From positions 36,553 to 100,552 of IMG/VR virus record IMGVR_UViG_3300012036_000005: a stretch of 64,000 nt of DNA, one strand, 5' to 3'. Source of the stretch: a virus. Positions within the stretch are counted from its first letter, which is position 1. Every line of letters starts with the position of its first letter. The notes under the pieces are model-generated. The model did not search any database, was not told the DNA's origin, and saw only the letters and a program-made list of their open reading frames with translations. Position numbers and translations under genes: made by a program. Shown here in pieces: positions 20,934 to 32,008 of the stretch.

Positions 20934-21754
20934 TTGCAGAATATCTATGTGGATGTGGATACAAATGGGAGACTGAAATCCAAGGTGGAAGTCTCCCACT
21001 TAATCATGACAAAGTACACTCAAGTCATTGCCCAAACTGTGGCAGCTTATGGTTTAACTGGACTAATTATAAAAAAGAAAAAGAAGAAAAAAATGAATGA
21101 AGAGAAACCAATTTATACAAGAATAGAAGGATTTTTAATTGAAAGAACTAAAGATTCTTTTAGGATTATGGGAGAAGGCGAGTTATTGTCTTTTAGCAAA
21201 ACTATCTTTGCACCGAATGCATCAGATGAAGATATAGCCGGTATGATAAGAGCAATTGAATATATTACATTGAAAAACATAAGACGATCATTAGGAATTG
21301 ACCGATGAATTCATTCTCACACACTGTAATACTTTACGGACTTCTCGTTACGATATTTATTGTAACCGGTATTCATTTAGTTGGACATTGATACAGATAT
21401 GATATATCTTATAAGGAATATAAAAACAGGTGAATGGCACAAACGCGGATATGCCGGGTATGAATGGAAGACAATGCCACACCAAAGCTGGCAAACTGGT
21501 GATTACAAGCGTGCGGTAGAAGAACTAGAAAGTGTTGGGTTTGATACGGGAGAGATTGTACTCTTTGGAATTGAGAATGTGATTCCTGTTGAACAATCAA
21601 TTCAAGATCAAAAGAGATATGTCTGTAAACTACTTGAAGAGTATGTTCCTTACGAGGAAGCTGCTAAAAGAGACATTGATGCTATGTCTCAAAAAGATTA
21701 CAAAAAATGGAAAGAAATACGCATAAAACTTAAGAGTCAAGACGCATTTCCAGG

Positions 21755-21836
21755 TTGACGAATATAAATAAAAGTGTATAATATAAGAGCTAAGGGATAG
21801 ACCCTAACGCTATACAACAAGCAAAGGAGTTTTGCT
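21755..21836 (+). promoter_or_regulatory. Sigma70-like promoter plus two-hairpin leader of nadM-nudix
   Basis: TTGACG-N16-TATAAT; AGGG-ATAGA-CCCT hairpin; AGCAAA-GGAGT-TTTGCT hairpin over RBS. Confidence 0.7.
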
Positions 21837-22898
21837 ATGAATAAAGAATATGATCTACTCGTCTTTATTGGACGATTTCAACCCTTCCATAATGGACATA
21901 AAAAAGTAATTGACCGAGCGCTAGAACTAGCCAATGATGTACTAGTTCTAGTTGGCTCTTCAAATCGAGGCCGTGAAGGCCGGCATCCTTTTACATTTGC
22001 AGAGAGAAAATTTATGATCGAATCATGTTATTATCATGATGAGATTGATTATGCTCTCCATGTAAACTCAATTAACGATTATACATACAATGATAATCGA
22101 TGGATTAGACAGGTCCTTGATCAAATTGAATCAGCAAAGGAAGAACTAGATCTCCCTAAAGATGCTCGAATTGGACTAATTGGTTGTGAAAAGGATAAGA
22201 GCAGTTTCTATCTGAAGTTGTTTCCAACTCTTGAAAATGTTGCAGTTGATTACTCAGACAAGATTAATGCAACAGATTTGCGTCAATTGTATTGGACATA
22301 TGGTATTTACAATCATTGGCGAGATACCGGAGCTCAAGGTTCTACATTGAAAGAGTCTGTTCCTATTGGAGCCTTTGATTTTCTTAGTGATTTTTTGAAG
22401 ACAGAAGAATATTCTAATTTGGTCGAAGAAGTTAAGTTTATCGAACAGTATAAAATCAGTGTTCAAAAGTATCCTCGAATTGAGCACACAGTTGATGCAG
22501 TAGTTGTACAGAGCGGACACATTCTTCTTATTCGTCGCCGTTCTGCACCTGGAAAACACAAATGGGCTCTTCCAGGTGGATTTATTCATCAAGATGAACG
22601 TCTTGAGGATTCAATGATTCGAGAACTACGAGAAGAAACTGGTATTAAAGTTCCTGAAGCAGTTCTTCGAGGATCAATAAAGAATAGCAAGTGTTATGAT
22701 GATCCACACAGATCTGAACGTGGTCGTCTTATTACTCAAGCATTTCATATTGCACTTCCTCGAGATACTACATTGCCGAAGGTAAAGGGTATGGACGATG
22801 CTGACAAAGCTAAATGGCTACCCCTTAACGAACTAGAACCAACAATGATGTTTGAAGATCATTTCTTTATCATCGACGACATGCTTGGAGGTGTGTAA
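21837..22898 (+). CDS. nadM: Bifunctional NMN adenylyltransferase / ADP-ribose pyrophosphatase (NadM-Nudix)
   Basis: GRFQPFHNGH; Nudix box GGF...E...RELREETG. Confidence 0.95.
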   Translation: MNKEYDLLVFIGRFQPFHNGHKKVIDRALELANDVLVLVGSSNRGREGRHPFTFAERKFMIESCYYHDEIDYALHVNSINDYTYNDNRWIRQVLDQIESAKEELDLPKDARIGLIGCEKDKSSFYLKLFPTLENVAVDYSDKINATDLRQLYWTYGIYNHWRDTGAQGSTLKESVPIGAFDFLSDFLKTEEYSNLVEEVKFIEQYKISVQKYPRIEHTVDAVVVQSGHILLIRRRSAPGKHKWALPGGFIHQDERLEDSMIRELREETGIKVPEAVLRGSIKNSKCYDDPHRSERGRLITQAFHIALPRDTTLPKVKGMDDADKAKWLPLNELEPTMMFEDHFFIIDDMLGGV

Positions 22899-23458
22899 TG
22901 GAAGCAGCTATTGAATACCTTAAAAAAGAAGGCTTTGTATTTGCAGAGATTGTCGACAACGAGTCAATTTATCTAAAAGGTAATATTGCCGTGTTAATTG
23001 AACCTGCTGACGAGTACAATACAGCCTGGGCAATAGGTAGTGCCCTGCGCAAAGGCTATGACTGGAATATTTCAGGAATAGATGGGAATAATTACCTTGT
23101 TGATGTATTCGAGGAGGTGTTGGATGACTGATTATTGGGATTTACAGAAGAAACAAGTAAAACTTCGAGGTGAATTAGATGCTGTCGAAGAAAAGCTAAA
23201 AAGCGCCAAACAGGCACTTACTGAGAATCCAATTTTTCTTGTTGCCGAAGCTTTGCACAAACAACTTTGTCGTCATAACCATACAGACGGTTGTGCTTGG
23301 TACTACGAAAAATGGGAAACCCCTGGCGCCGAACGTATGAGATGGGTTAACATTGCAAGAAGAGTCATACCGTTGCTTAGACAGGATCCTGGTCCGGATG
23401 CACAGGATCAAACCGAATATATTGTGAAGCTGATCGACGCAGCAACCGGAAATTACAC

Positions 23459-23539
23459 TTGACACAAGAGGTGACAAGTGCTATAATATAAACAATAGAT
23501 GATAGACATCTATTTTAAAACAAGCAAAGGAGTTTTGCT
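23459..23539 (+). promoter_or_regulatory. Sigma70-like promoter plus two-hairpin leader of nadV
   Basis: TTGACA-N17-TATAAT; AATAGATG-ATAGA-CATCTATT hairpin; same RBS hairpin as nadM. Confidence 0.72.
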
Positions 23540-24931
23540 ATGATTACAGATAACATTCTACTGATGACGGACAGTTACAAAGCGTCACATTTCCTACAAT
23601 ACCCAAAGGGTACTGAACGAGTAAGTTCGTACATTGAAAGCCGAGGCGGAAAATGGAACCGTACAGTTTTCTTTGGATTGCAAATGTTCCTCAAGCAATA
23701 TTTGTCAAAGCCAATCACTCAAGAAATGATTGACGAAGCTGAGGAATTTTGGACAGCACATGGTGAACCTTTTAATCGTGATGGATGGATGCACATTCTA
23801 AACAATCACGAAGGTCGTCTTCCGATTGAGATCGAAGCTGTTCCAGAAGGAACAGTGGTTCCAACTAGTAATGTACTTGTCCAATTGGTCAACACTGATC
23901 CAGAAGTTCCTTGGCTAACTTCTTTTATGGAAACTGCATTGCTTCGAGCAGTTTGGTATCCAACAACTGTTGCCACTAACTCTTTCTCTGCTAAGGAAGT
24001 TATCTATCGTGCATTGCAGGAGACAGCAGACGATCCTGATGCAGAGATTGGATTTAAGATGCACGACTTTGGTGCACGAGGAGTTTCTAGTCGAGAATCT
24101 GCTATGATTGGCGGTGCCTCGCATTTGGTAAACTTCTTGGGTACTGATACTGTTGAAGGGGTTCTTGCTGTTCGTAAGTTTTATGGAGAATCAATGGCAG
24201 GATTTTCAATTCCTGCAAGTGAACATAGCACTGTTACTTCTTGGGGTGGACCTCGAGGAGAAGTAGATGCAATGCGCAACATGGTCAAGCAATTTGGAAA
24301 ACCGGGCGCACTTGTGGCTTTTGTATCAGACAGCTATGACATCTACAATGCCACAAGCAACCTCTGGGGCGACACGTTGCTTGAAGAAGTCAAAGCAAGC
24401 GGTGCCACTATTATTGTGCGTCCTGACTCTGGAGATCCAACAGTTGTTCCAATCGAAGTAATCGAACTCCTAATGGAAAAGGTTGGTTATGAAACTAACT
24501 CAAAGGGATACAAAGTCCTACCGAGTTACTTCCGTGTTATTCAAGGCGATGGTATTAATGTTGATACCATCAAAGTTATCCTTGATAAGATGAAGGAAAA
24601 AGGATTGTCAGCATCAAACATCGCGTTTGGTCAAGGAGGAGGACTTCTGCAACAACTTGATCGAGATACACTCAAGTTTGCAATGAAGGCTAGCTCAATT
24701 CAGATTAATGGTCGGTGGAATGACGTCTACAAAGATCCAATTACTGACATAGGCAAGCAGAGCAAGCGTGGTCGACTTTCACTAATTAAAAACGGTGAAG
24801 AATTTCGTACTGTGAGACGCGAGGATGCAGCAGGCGGAGAGCAAATGCTTGAAACTGTATACAAGAACGGTCGAATTCTTAAGACGACTAATTTTGCACA
24901 AATTCGTGCTCGAGCAGCATCTGCAATCTAA
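23540..24931 (+). CDS. nadV: Nicotinamide phosphoribosyltransferase (NAMPT)
   Basis: TDSYKASH, HDFGARG, PASEHS, SDSYD, RPDSGD, IQGDG, KDPITD...SKRG. Confidence 0.96.
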   Translation: MITDNILLMTDSYKASHFLQYPKGTERVSSYIESRGGKWNRTVFFGLQMFLKQYLSKPITQEMIDEAEEFWTAHGEPFNRDGWMHILNNHEGRLPIEIEAVPEGTVVPTSNVLVQLVNTDPEVPWLTSFMETALLRAVWYPTTVATNSFSAKEVIYRALQETADDPDAEIGFKMHDFGARGVSSRESAMIGGASHLVNFLGTDTVEGVLAVRKFYGESMAGFSIPASEHSTVTSWGGPRGEVDAMRNMVKQFGKPGALVAFVSDSYDIYNATSNLWGDTLLEEVKASGATIIVRPDSGDPTVVPIEVIELLMEKVGYETNSKGYKVLPSYFRVIQGDGINVDTIKVILDKMKEKGLSASNIAFGQGGGLLQQLDRDTLKFAMKASSIQINGRWNDVYKDPITDIGKQSKRGRLSLIKNGEEFRTVRREDAAGGEQMLETVYKNGRILKTTNFAQIRARAASAI

Positions 24932-25029
24932 TAAGAATAGGTCAAGTTTAACTTGGCCTATTCTCTTGACAAATTAGAGAAATATGTTAATATAGTGTAT
25001 AAGAGATTATTAAATTAACAGGAGAGCAA

Positions 25030-25710
25030 ATGAAAATTTATATTGGACCATATAAAAAATGGTGGGGACCATATCAAATTGCAGAGTTACTTTGCTTTTG
25101 GGTTAAAGAAACAAAAGATGAATATGGATTCCCGGCAAAGCCTAAATGGGTACATGATTTTGGTACTCGGCTTTCTGAAACTCCATTGTATAAAATATGC
25201 AACTGGATTGAGAGCAAGAGAGAACGTACTATTAAAATACGAATTGATAAGTACGATACCTGGAGTATGGACGACACACTTGCTCGAATTATATTACCAA
25301 TGCTTTTGCAATTAAAGGTAGCTAAGAATGGATCTCCATTCGTTGATGACGAAGATGTTCCTGAACATCTTCGTTCAAGTGCCGCTCCTCCAACAGAAAA
25401 TGAGTGGGACACAGATGACAATCATCACAAGCGTTGGGATTGGATTTTAGAAGAAATGATATGGGCATTTGAACAAAAGTTAACTGACTGGGAATCTCAA
25501 TACTATTCTGGAGAACATGATATTAATTGGGATCCAGTTGATGAAAACGGAAATATAATCAAAGACGAAGACGATGCTAAAAGTTACCGCATGGTATTTG
25601 GTCCTAACGACACTTTTGAGATTGACATAGAAAAAAGAACAATACACGCAAATCGGATAGCAAATGGTTTCCGATTGTTTGGCAAATACTATGAAGGACT
25701 TTGGTGCTAA
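25030..25710 (+). CDS. Conserved T4-like-phage hypothetical protein
   Basis: DTWSMD.TLA.II.PML...RWDWIL.EMIWAF...GF.LFGKYY.LW pattern. Confidence 0.6.
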   Translation: MKIYIGPYKKWWGPYQIAELLCFWVKETKDEYGFPAKPKWVHDFGTRLSETPLYKICNWIESKRERTIKIRIDKYDTWSMDDTLARIILPMLLQLKVAKNGSPFVDDEDVPEHLRSSAAPPTENEWDTDDNHHKRWDWILEEMIWAFEQKLTDWESQYYSGEHDINWDPVDENGNIIKDEDDAKSYRMVFGPNDTFEIDIEKRTIHANRIANGFRLFGKYYEGLWC

Positions 25711-25711
25711 T

Positions 25712-26086
25712 ATGGAATATACAATCTTAATAATGCTTGCTCTCTTAACGACGAAACATTTAATAATTGATTTCTTCCTTCAGGTTCCTTTTATGCATCA
25801 GAACAAACATCTTTGGACTCACCCCGGAGGTTGGTGTCATGCTGGATTGCACGGAATAGGAACTATTCTTTGTTTGATTTGGTGGGTAAATCTTCCTTTG
25901 TTATTTACTGTTGCTCTAGCAGAGATCCTTATTCATTTTTTAACTGATCTCTCAAAAATGAGAATAGGTAAACATTTTGGTTGGGGACCTAACACTCATG
26001 CAGAATTTTGGTGGGCAATGGGAGCTGACCAATGGGTGCATAGTATGACTTATATAGGAATTATTTTAGCGGTGATAAAAATATGA
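25712..26086 (+). CDS. DUF3307-like membrane protein
   Basis: KHLIIDFFLQ, HAGLH, HFLTD..K, GADQWVH. Confidence 0.75.
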   Translation: MEYTILIMLALLTTKHLIIDFFLQVPFMHQNKHLWTHPGGWCHAGLHGIGTILCLIWWVNLPLLFTVALAEILIHFLTDLSKMRIGKHFGWGPNTHAEFWWAMGADQWVHSMTYIGIILAVIKI

Positions 26087-27018
26087 TAGTTTGTCAAGAA
26101 GACAAAGACCCAGATCTTTCTCAAAAATATAATATGGATATAGATCCAATTGCTCTTGAAATTGTTATAAGAGAAAAAGTTGGTAATAATAGTTCTTACG
26201 CTATGATATCTGCAGTAATAGACGACTGTGTAAGTTCCTTTAGCTTGCACATAAAAGATAGCCATATAAATCAAGCGAATCAAATTCGAAATTATTACAA
26301 ACATAAGATGCTACATAAGATGTTGAAAGGAGAACATCTCTCAAACTTTCAACATGCTTTGTATGAGATCGTAAACAAGGATTTACCTAAACAAGTTACA
26401 TATGATGAACTTAGGATACTTTCAAAATTATCAGATTTCTATAAAGAAGATAAAGATTACGAAGTTATAGAAAAAAGATTTAAAAATTATACCAAGATTA
26501 ATAATGGTAAAATTTTTCATCTTAACAATGAAAAAATTCAATATATTAAGAATATAGAGAGAATATCCAAAACAGAAAAATCAAAAAGATACTGGTTTAA
26601 CACGGAAAATAATATATTGCTTTGTATACTGCTAGACTTAAATAACCCGCTAGAGTGCCTGCTTAAACGCGAAGTAGCGCATGATAAATTGTTAACAGTA
26701 AATGCAACTTGTTATCCTGGTGTCATTCCAGGAAGAGATATTAAATTCTACCAATTGGGTGAATGGAAAATTGTATGAATAAAGAACAAAAGATTAATTT
26801 CGTCGCCGAATTAGCAATGGAAGTTGAAATATTTGACCGGATCAATTGGGGCGAACTAAATATTAATAAGGAAGAAGCCTTTTTAAATATAGCAGAAAAG
26901 GTATGTAATCAAGCCGAAACTGTTTCTGAAGACCAAAGAGATATAGTTAATGCTACAACTATAACTAAACTCCTTGTTGAAAACATGGTTTTAAACATTT
27001 TAATTGAGAAGATGAGAG

Positions 27019-27396
27019 ATGGATATCGAGGAGAAAAAAACTGAATCTAATACTGATGAAATAGATCCCATAAAGAAACTTTTTCAAGATGCTAATCGAG
27101 AAAAGAGAAAATTAAGAGATCGGTTAAAAGAATTAGAAACAGAAGTAGAAGTACTCACACCAACTACACCAACCGGTACATTTGATTGGTATATCAAATG
27201 GATAGCTGTATTTTTTGGTGTTGGTGGAATTTTCTTAGCATCAGCTGGTTATACAATAATAGGGCCTTCATTCTATCTAATATCTTCCATATGTTGGGTA
27301 TTAGTAGGAATGAATTGGCAAGATAGGGCTATAATGATAGGTAGTTCGATTAGTGGAACCGCGGTAGCACTACAAATGATGGAGTTATTAAAATGA
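27019..27396 (+). CDS. Coiled-coil plus membrane hypothetical protein
   Basis: N-terminal coiled coil, C-terminal hydrophobic helices. Confidence 0.55.
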   Translation: MDIEEKKTESNTDEIDPIKKLFQDANREKRKLRDRLKELETEVEVLTPTTPTGTFDWYIKWIAVFFGVGGIFLASAGYTIIGPSFYLISSICWVLVGMNWQDRAIMIGSSISGTAVALQMMELLK

Positions 27397-27640
27397 AAAC
27401 AAAAATATTTCACGAAGATCAATGTGAAGTAACTTGCACTGACAATGATAGAATGGTAATAGCAGAAGTACATCAATTTAAGATAGAAGATTATTTAACT
27501 GTTGTAATTGAAAAATCAGCTAAAATTAATATGAGATACAATAGACGACATAAAATATACATTGGTAACTTAGGTGTAATGGAATTTACTTCTCCTGGAC
27601 CACTAACTCATGTAATTAACAAAGGTAGATAAATACTATT

Positions 27641-28102
27641 ATGAAAATGTTATCATTAAATACAATGTCAAATATCTTTTTGTCATGTTGTCTTTTATTT
27701 GGATTTTCTCTATCAACTATATTATATCTTGATTTTAGAGTTTTAGATCCTATATATAACGTTACAGCTTTTTCAAAAAAAGATGTTTTTCCTGGAGGAA
27801 TTGCAACTTTAATATTCACTTATACCAAACCCCATCAACTTGATTCAGAAGTAATAGATAGGTGGTTACTGTGTGATGATGATATATATTGGCTAACAGG
27901 CCCTGCAGCTAACACAAATAGAGCATCATGGCCAACTGGAATTGATAAAGAAATAGAAATTTTTATAAGAATTCCTGCAGAAGTTGTCCCTGGTCAATTC
28001 TGTATGTATGGATCCACTGTAGAATATAAAAGAATTTTACTTCCAAATATAACTTTGAGAAATCCTCCAGTTTTAGTTAAAATTAAAGTGCTCAATAATT
28101 AA
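27641..28102 (+). CDS. Membrane-anchored hypothetical late protein
   Basis: TAAATA late-type element 5 nt upstream; N-terminal TM. Confidence 0.55.
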   Translation: MKMLSLNTMSNIFLSCCLLFGFSLSTILYLDFRVLDPIYNVTAFSKKDVFPGGIATLIFTYTKPHQLDSEVIDRWLLCDDDIYWLTGPAANTNRASWPTGIDKEIEIFIRIPAEVVPGQFCMYGSTVEYKRILLPNITLRNPPVLVKIKVLNN

Positions 28103-28162
28103 TTTGATTTTCCTTTAAATTCTTGCTATTGTATAATACAATTTATAGCAAGGAGTCAGGCC

Positions 28163-28603
28163 ATGAGCCTCAAACAAATTAAAGAAGATACACTTCAGTT
28201 GCGTAAGTCACGCGATCCAATGGCTAGTAAGATGGTGACATTGCTGTCGGCTATCAATACAGTAGCAAAAGACGACGGAAATCGAGAACCAACAGATGAC
28301 GATACTGTAAAGGTTATCAATAAATTCCTAAAAGGTGTTCGAGAATCTCTTGATTATTATGTAGTCAATAATCAAGACATTACGCCGCTTGAAAAAGAAA
28401 TTGCACTGTATGAAAAATATCTTCCTAAAATGATGAATGCAGAACAAACAGATAATGCTGTTCGTATTTCTATTGCAGCAGTTGATGCTAAAGAAGCTTC
28501 TGACATGGGCAAAGTTATGGCGCATCTTAAGAAGGGATATGGTTCTTCTTTAGATATGAAGATGGCTAGCAATTTGGTGAGAGAAAAGTTGTCAAATGCT
28601 TGA
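28163..28603 (+). CDS. GatB/YqeY domain protein
   Basis: EI..YEKYLP, DMGKVM, LDMKMAS pattern. Confidence 0.85.
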   Translation: MSLKQIKEDTLQLRKSRDPMASKMVTLLSAINTVAKDDGNREPTDDDTVKVINKFLKGVRESLDYYVVNNQDITPLEKEIALYEKYLPKMMNAEQTDNAVRISIAAVDAKEASDMGKVMAHLKKGYGSSLDMKMASNLVREKLSNA

Positions 28604-29139
28604 TCTTTTTGTAATAGAATCTAATGGACAACTTTTTCATGCTATCGGAGGAAGCGGCGATCAATTCGACTCTCAAGAACGAACTGCAATCTTTTACAGT
28701 CGTAAAAATGCAGAAAAGAAGATACGTTATTCTTTAAGAGCGGCAAAAATTAAGTTTTCTCAAGCAATAAATAATACCTACAAAAAAATAAGAGCTGAAG
28801 AGATTGAACAATGGAAGAATGCAAAAGTTCTTCAATTAAACATAGTAGGATTTAAGGAACCAGATAATGAAAGTTAAAGAACTAATTGAACAGTTGAATG
28901 ATATTGATCCTGAATTGGAAGTTATCTGTCAGCGTGATAGTGAAGGAAATGGTTACAGTCCATTAGAAGGTGTTGATGCTAATGCAATCTATATAGCAGA
29001 AACCACTTGGTCCGGAGACGTGTATGATAGATCCGGGACGGCAGAAGACGCAGATATGGCGGAAAGCGAATGGGGAAAGTTAAAGAAAGATCATCCTTGT
29101 GCGGTTATATTGTTTCCTGTTAATTAAGGGAAGAGAAAA

Positions 29140-30354
29140 ATGGCAGAGTTTGAAGTAAAAATCGTTCAGGTCGATAAGGTAATCGAGCATCCAAATGCAG
29201 ATCGTCTTACTATTGTAAAAATTGGTGGATACAACTGTATCGCCAACAAGAAAGAAGATGGATCCTGGCGTTATCAATCTGGTGATTTAGTAGTTTATAT
29301 TCCAGAAGGTGCTCTACTACAAGAATGGCTTTTGCGTCATCTTAATATGTGGAATGAAGAGAAGAATAAAGGGTACCTTGCTGGTTCAGCTGGCAATCGA
29401 GTTAAGGCAATAAATCTTAGAGGAGTAGTTAGCCAAGGTGTACTACTTCCTGTAACGATAGAAGACGCCTTTCTTGTAGATGGTAAATCTTGGTATATTT
29501 CGGATGTTCAAACTGAAGCTGAGCGTATGGCGATAGCAGAAGGTAATACTATTGACAAGGTAAAAACTAAAACATTAGGAATTGATGTTTCTGATATATT
29601 AGGCATTATTAAGTATGAACCGGTTATACCCTCAAGTATGAATGGTGAAGTAGAAAATGGCACAGGGATGACTTTGTCATACGATATTGAAAATATGCAG
29701 AAATATCCAACTGTGATTAAAGAGGGCGAAGAAGTTGTTATAACCGAACAATTGCACGGCACTTGGGCGTGTTATGGATTGTGGCCAACTGACAATTCTT
29801 TCAAACATATTATTACATCTAAAGGACTCTCTTCTAAAGGTTTAATTTTTAAACTAACCGAAGAAAATCTAATAAAGAATGTTTATTTTCGTGCACATTC
29901 GGGTACAATTGACCTAAATGACGAATACCTTACTCAAAGGTTGATGTCATGGATGAAAAATACTAATATAACCGAACCGGTTTATTTGCTTGGCGAAGTG
30001 TATGGTAAAGGAATACAAGATTTGTCATACAGCACCGAACGTCCTTTGTTTCGTTTGTTTGACATCTATATTGGAGAACCAGGAAAGGGTAGATATGTAA
30101 ACTACGACGACATGGTTACAATAGCAAATTTGATATCTGTTGATACCGTACCATTATTGTACCGTGGACTCTTTTCAGAAGATGTTGCCAAAGAACACCG
30201 TGACGGAAAAACTGTTCTTGGTGGAAAAAATATAAGAGAAGGTGTAGTAATTACACCAATAAAAGAACGAAGAGATACTATGCTCGGAAGGGTCAAATTG
30301 AAACTAGTATCACCGGATTATCTATTGCGCAAGAATGCAACAGAATACAACTAA
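29140..30354 (+). CDS. RNA ligase, Rnl2/DRB0094 family with N-terminal OB domain (motif I Lys replaced by Gln)
   Basis: HPNADRL, LRGVVSQG, TEQLHGT, GEVYGKGIQ, FDI, REGVVI, K.VS.DYL. Confidence 0.88.
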   Translation: MAEFEVKIVQVDKVIEHPNADRLTIVKIGGYNCIANKKEDGSWRYQSGDLVVYIPEGALLQEWLLRHLNMWNEEKNKGYLAGSAGNRVKAINLRGVVSQGVLLPVTIEDAFLVDGKSWYISDVQTEAERMAIAEGNTIDKVKTKTLGIDVSDILGIIKYEPVIPSSMNGEVENGTGMTLSYDIENMQKYPTVIKEGEEVVITEQLHGTWACYGLWPTDNSFKHIITSKGLSSKGLIFKLTEENLIKNVYFRAHSGTIDLNDEYLTQRLMSWMKNTNITEPVYLLGEVYGKGIQDLSYSTERPLFRLFDIYIGEPGKGRYVNYDDMVTIANLISVDTVPLLYRGLFSEDVAKEHRDGKTVLGGKNIREGVVITPIKERRDTMLGRVKLKLVSPDYLLRKNATEYN

Positions 30355-30372
30355 CCTTTGGAGATATGAAAG

Positions 30373-30906
30373 ATGAAAAATTCTAAACTTATTGTAGACC
30401 TATTTGTTACACATCATGATACCGATGTTTCTTTATATCCGCCAGACCGATGGTCTAGCTATAGAAATAATTCGGTTAATCTAAAAAATGGACTAACCGT
30501 TCCTCTTGCTATGATGGTTCCGGATGGACACCATGCTGGTGCTGTTAAGAGGAAAGGAACAGCAATTGAATGGGCGAACCGCAGCGGTGGTTGGGTTCCT
30601 GGTGGAACAAAATCAATTCCTGGAATTGCTAATACTTATAAAAACGATCCGGTTAATGGTTTTGAATTTGTTGGTTCAGTTGAACGCTACACTACCGCTA
30701 ATAAATGGCTTCGTGTATTTGATCCCCGTGGATATGTATTAGAAATTAGTGTTGAAAATGCTGTTTTTCTAATGGAGAATTCAACTATTATAAAGGGTGT
30801 TGTACAAGAAAATTGTGTATGGGGTCGTTTGGGCGCAACGAATACTCTAGTTCCAGAGGGATCAGAATTATATAATGACATGAAAGCAAACAAACCTGCT
30901 TATTGA
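30373..30906 (+). CDS. Conserved phage hypothetical protein
   Basis: DPRGYVLEISVEN...CVWGR motif. Confidence 0.6.
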   Translation: MKNSKLIVDLFVTHHDTDVSLYPPDRWSSYRNNSVNLKNGLTVPLAMMVPDGHHAGAVKRKGTAIEWANRSGGWVPGGTKSIPGIANTYKNDPVNGFEFVGSVERYTTANKWLRVFDPRGYVLEISVENAVFLMENSTIIKGVVQENCVWGRLGATNTLVPEGSELYNDMKANKPAY

Positions 30907-30967
30907 TATTTTGCTTGACAATTCTCAGTTGTTACGTTATAATTTAACAGTAATAGAGGAGTGATTC

Positions 30968-31348
30968 ATGCAACTAGCAAGTCCACAATTAACGACTACT
31001 AGAACTAAAAAGCGAAATAAGAAGAAGTCCCAAAGAGATCTTGATGCCAACAAGCGGCATCAAGATTACCTCCGTAGCATGGGCGTGCATCCAGAACAAT
31101 TAAAAGCAAAAGCTAAAAAAGCAAAAGATGCCAAAGACAAGGCGTCTAAGCCCGCGTACAACGCGGACACAGTGCGGAGACATACTGCAAGCGCATCTAG
31201 TATGCAAGGCGTAGGAGCCAAGAAGGAACCAATGATTTATAATGGCGAACGTAAATTGCTTGGTATTGCTACTATGCACAAATCAAACATGGTCCCTGTA
31301 TTTGATAAAGGAAATGCAGAAGAACTCGCAAAGATGCGAAGGAATTAA
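30968..31348 (+). CDS. Conserved basic phage protein
   Basis: GIATMHKSNMVPVF...AKMRR motif; own promoter. Confidence 0.65.
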   Translation: MQLASPQLTTTRTKKRNKKKSQRDLDANKRHQDYLRSMGVHPEQLKAKAKKAKDAKDKASKPAYNADTVRRHTASASSMQGVGAKKEPMIYNGERKLLGIATMHKSNMVPVFDKGNAEELAKMRRN

Positions 31349-31696
31349 AAGGTTAAAATGGCAAAATACATAAAAGGAAATTTCAAAGGTCTTTCTAAGG
31401 CAGAGAGAGCACTTGCACTTGAGGTGCATTTAAAATATTTAGAAAGAATATTTAGATCAGGGCAAGTTCCTTTTGGTCAAAGACACAATCTTAATGAAGA
31501 AATTGAAGAAGTTAGTATTAAGTTGACTCGATCAAAATCTTCGCCCGGATTTGAAACAAGTGAATTTTTTGAATTACAGAGAAAATATAACACAGATCAA
31601 GAATATACAGAACATCTTGATTCTATCATCAACAAAGATATAGATGAGTATGCTGCCGAATTGTTAGAACGATCAAAACAAAAGTAGGAAATTAAA

Positions 31697-32008
31697 ATGT
31701 ATAAACCTTTGTCGGATAGATTAACCATCCGAGAGAGTAAAATTGAAGGTGTAGGACTTTTTGCGACAAAAAAGTTTCCGGCAAATACAGTTTTAGGAAT
31801 GGCACATATCAAAAATGTAAATTTTCCACATGGATATATTCGAACAGCAGTAGGTGCATTTTATAATCATTCAGACGATGCTAATTGTAAAACTATGAAT
31901 GGTTATTGGCAACACATGCCAGTAAAGTATCTTGTTACTATTCGAGATATAAATGCAGGAGAGGAACTTACTGCTCAATATACACTTTATAACGTAGAAG
32001 ACATGTAA
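31697..32008 (+). CDS. SET-domain protein (putative lysine methyltransferase)
   Basis: GVGLFA, FYNHS, RDINAGEELTAQY. Confidence 0.88.
   Translation: MYKPLSDRLTIRESKIEGVGLFATKKFPANTVLGMAHIKNVNFPHGYIRTAVGAFYNHSDDANCKTMNGYWQHMPVKYLVTIRDINAGEELTAQYTLYNVEDM

Noticed and set aside
20934-21092. N-terminal part of ORF 20934 with a poly-Lys run
   Set aside because: The run is an A-rich spacer; the real start is probably ATG 21093, with a separate small ORF upstream.
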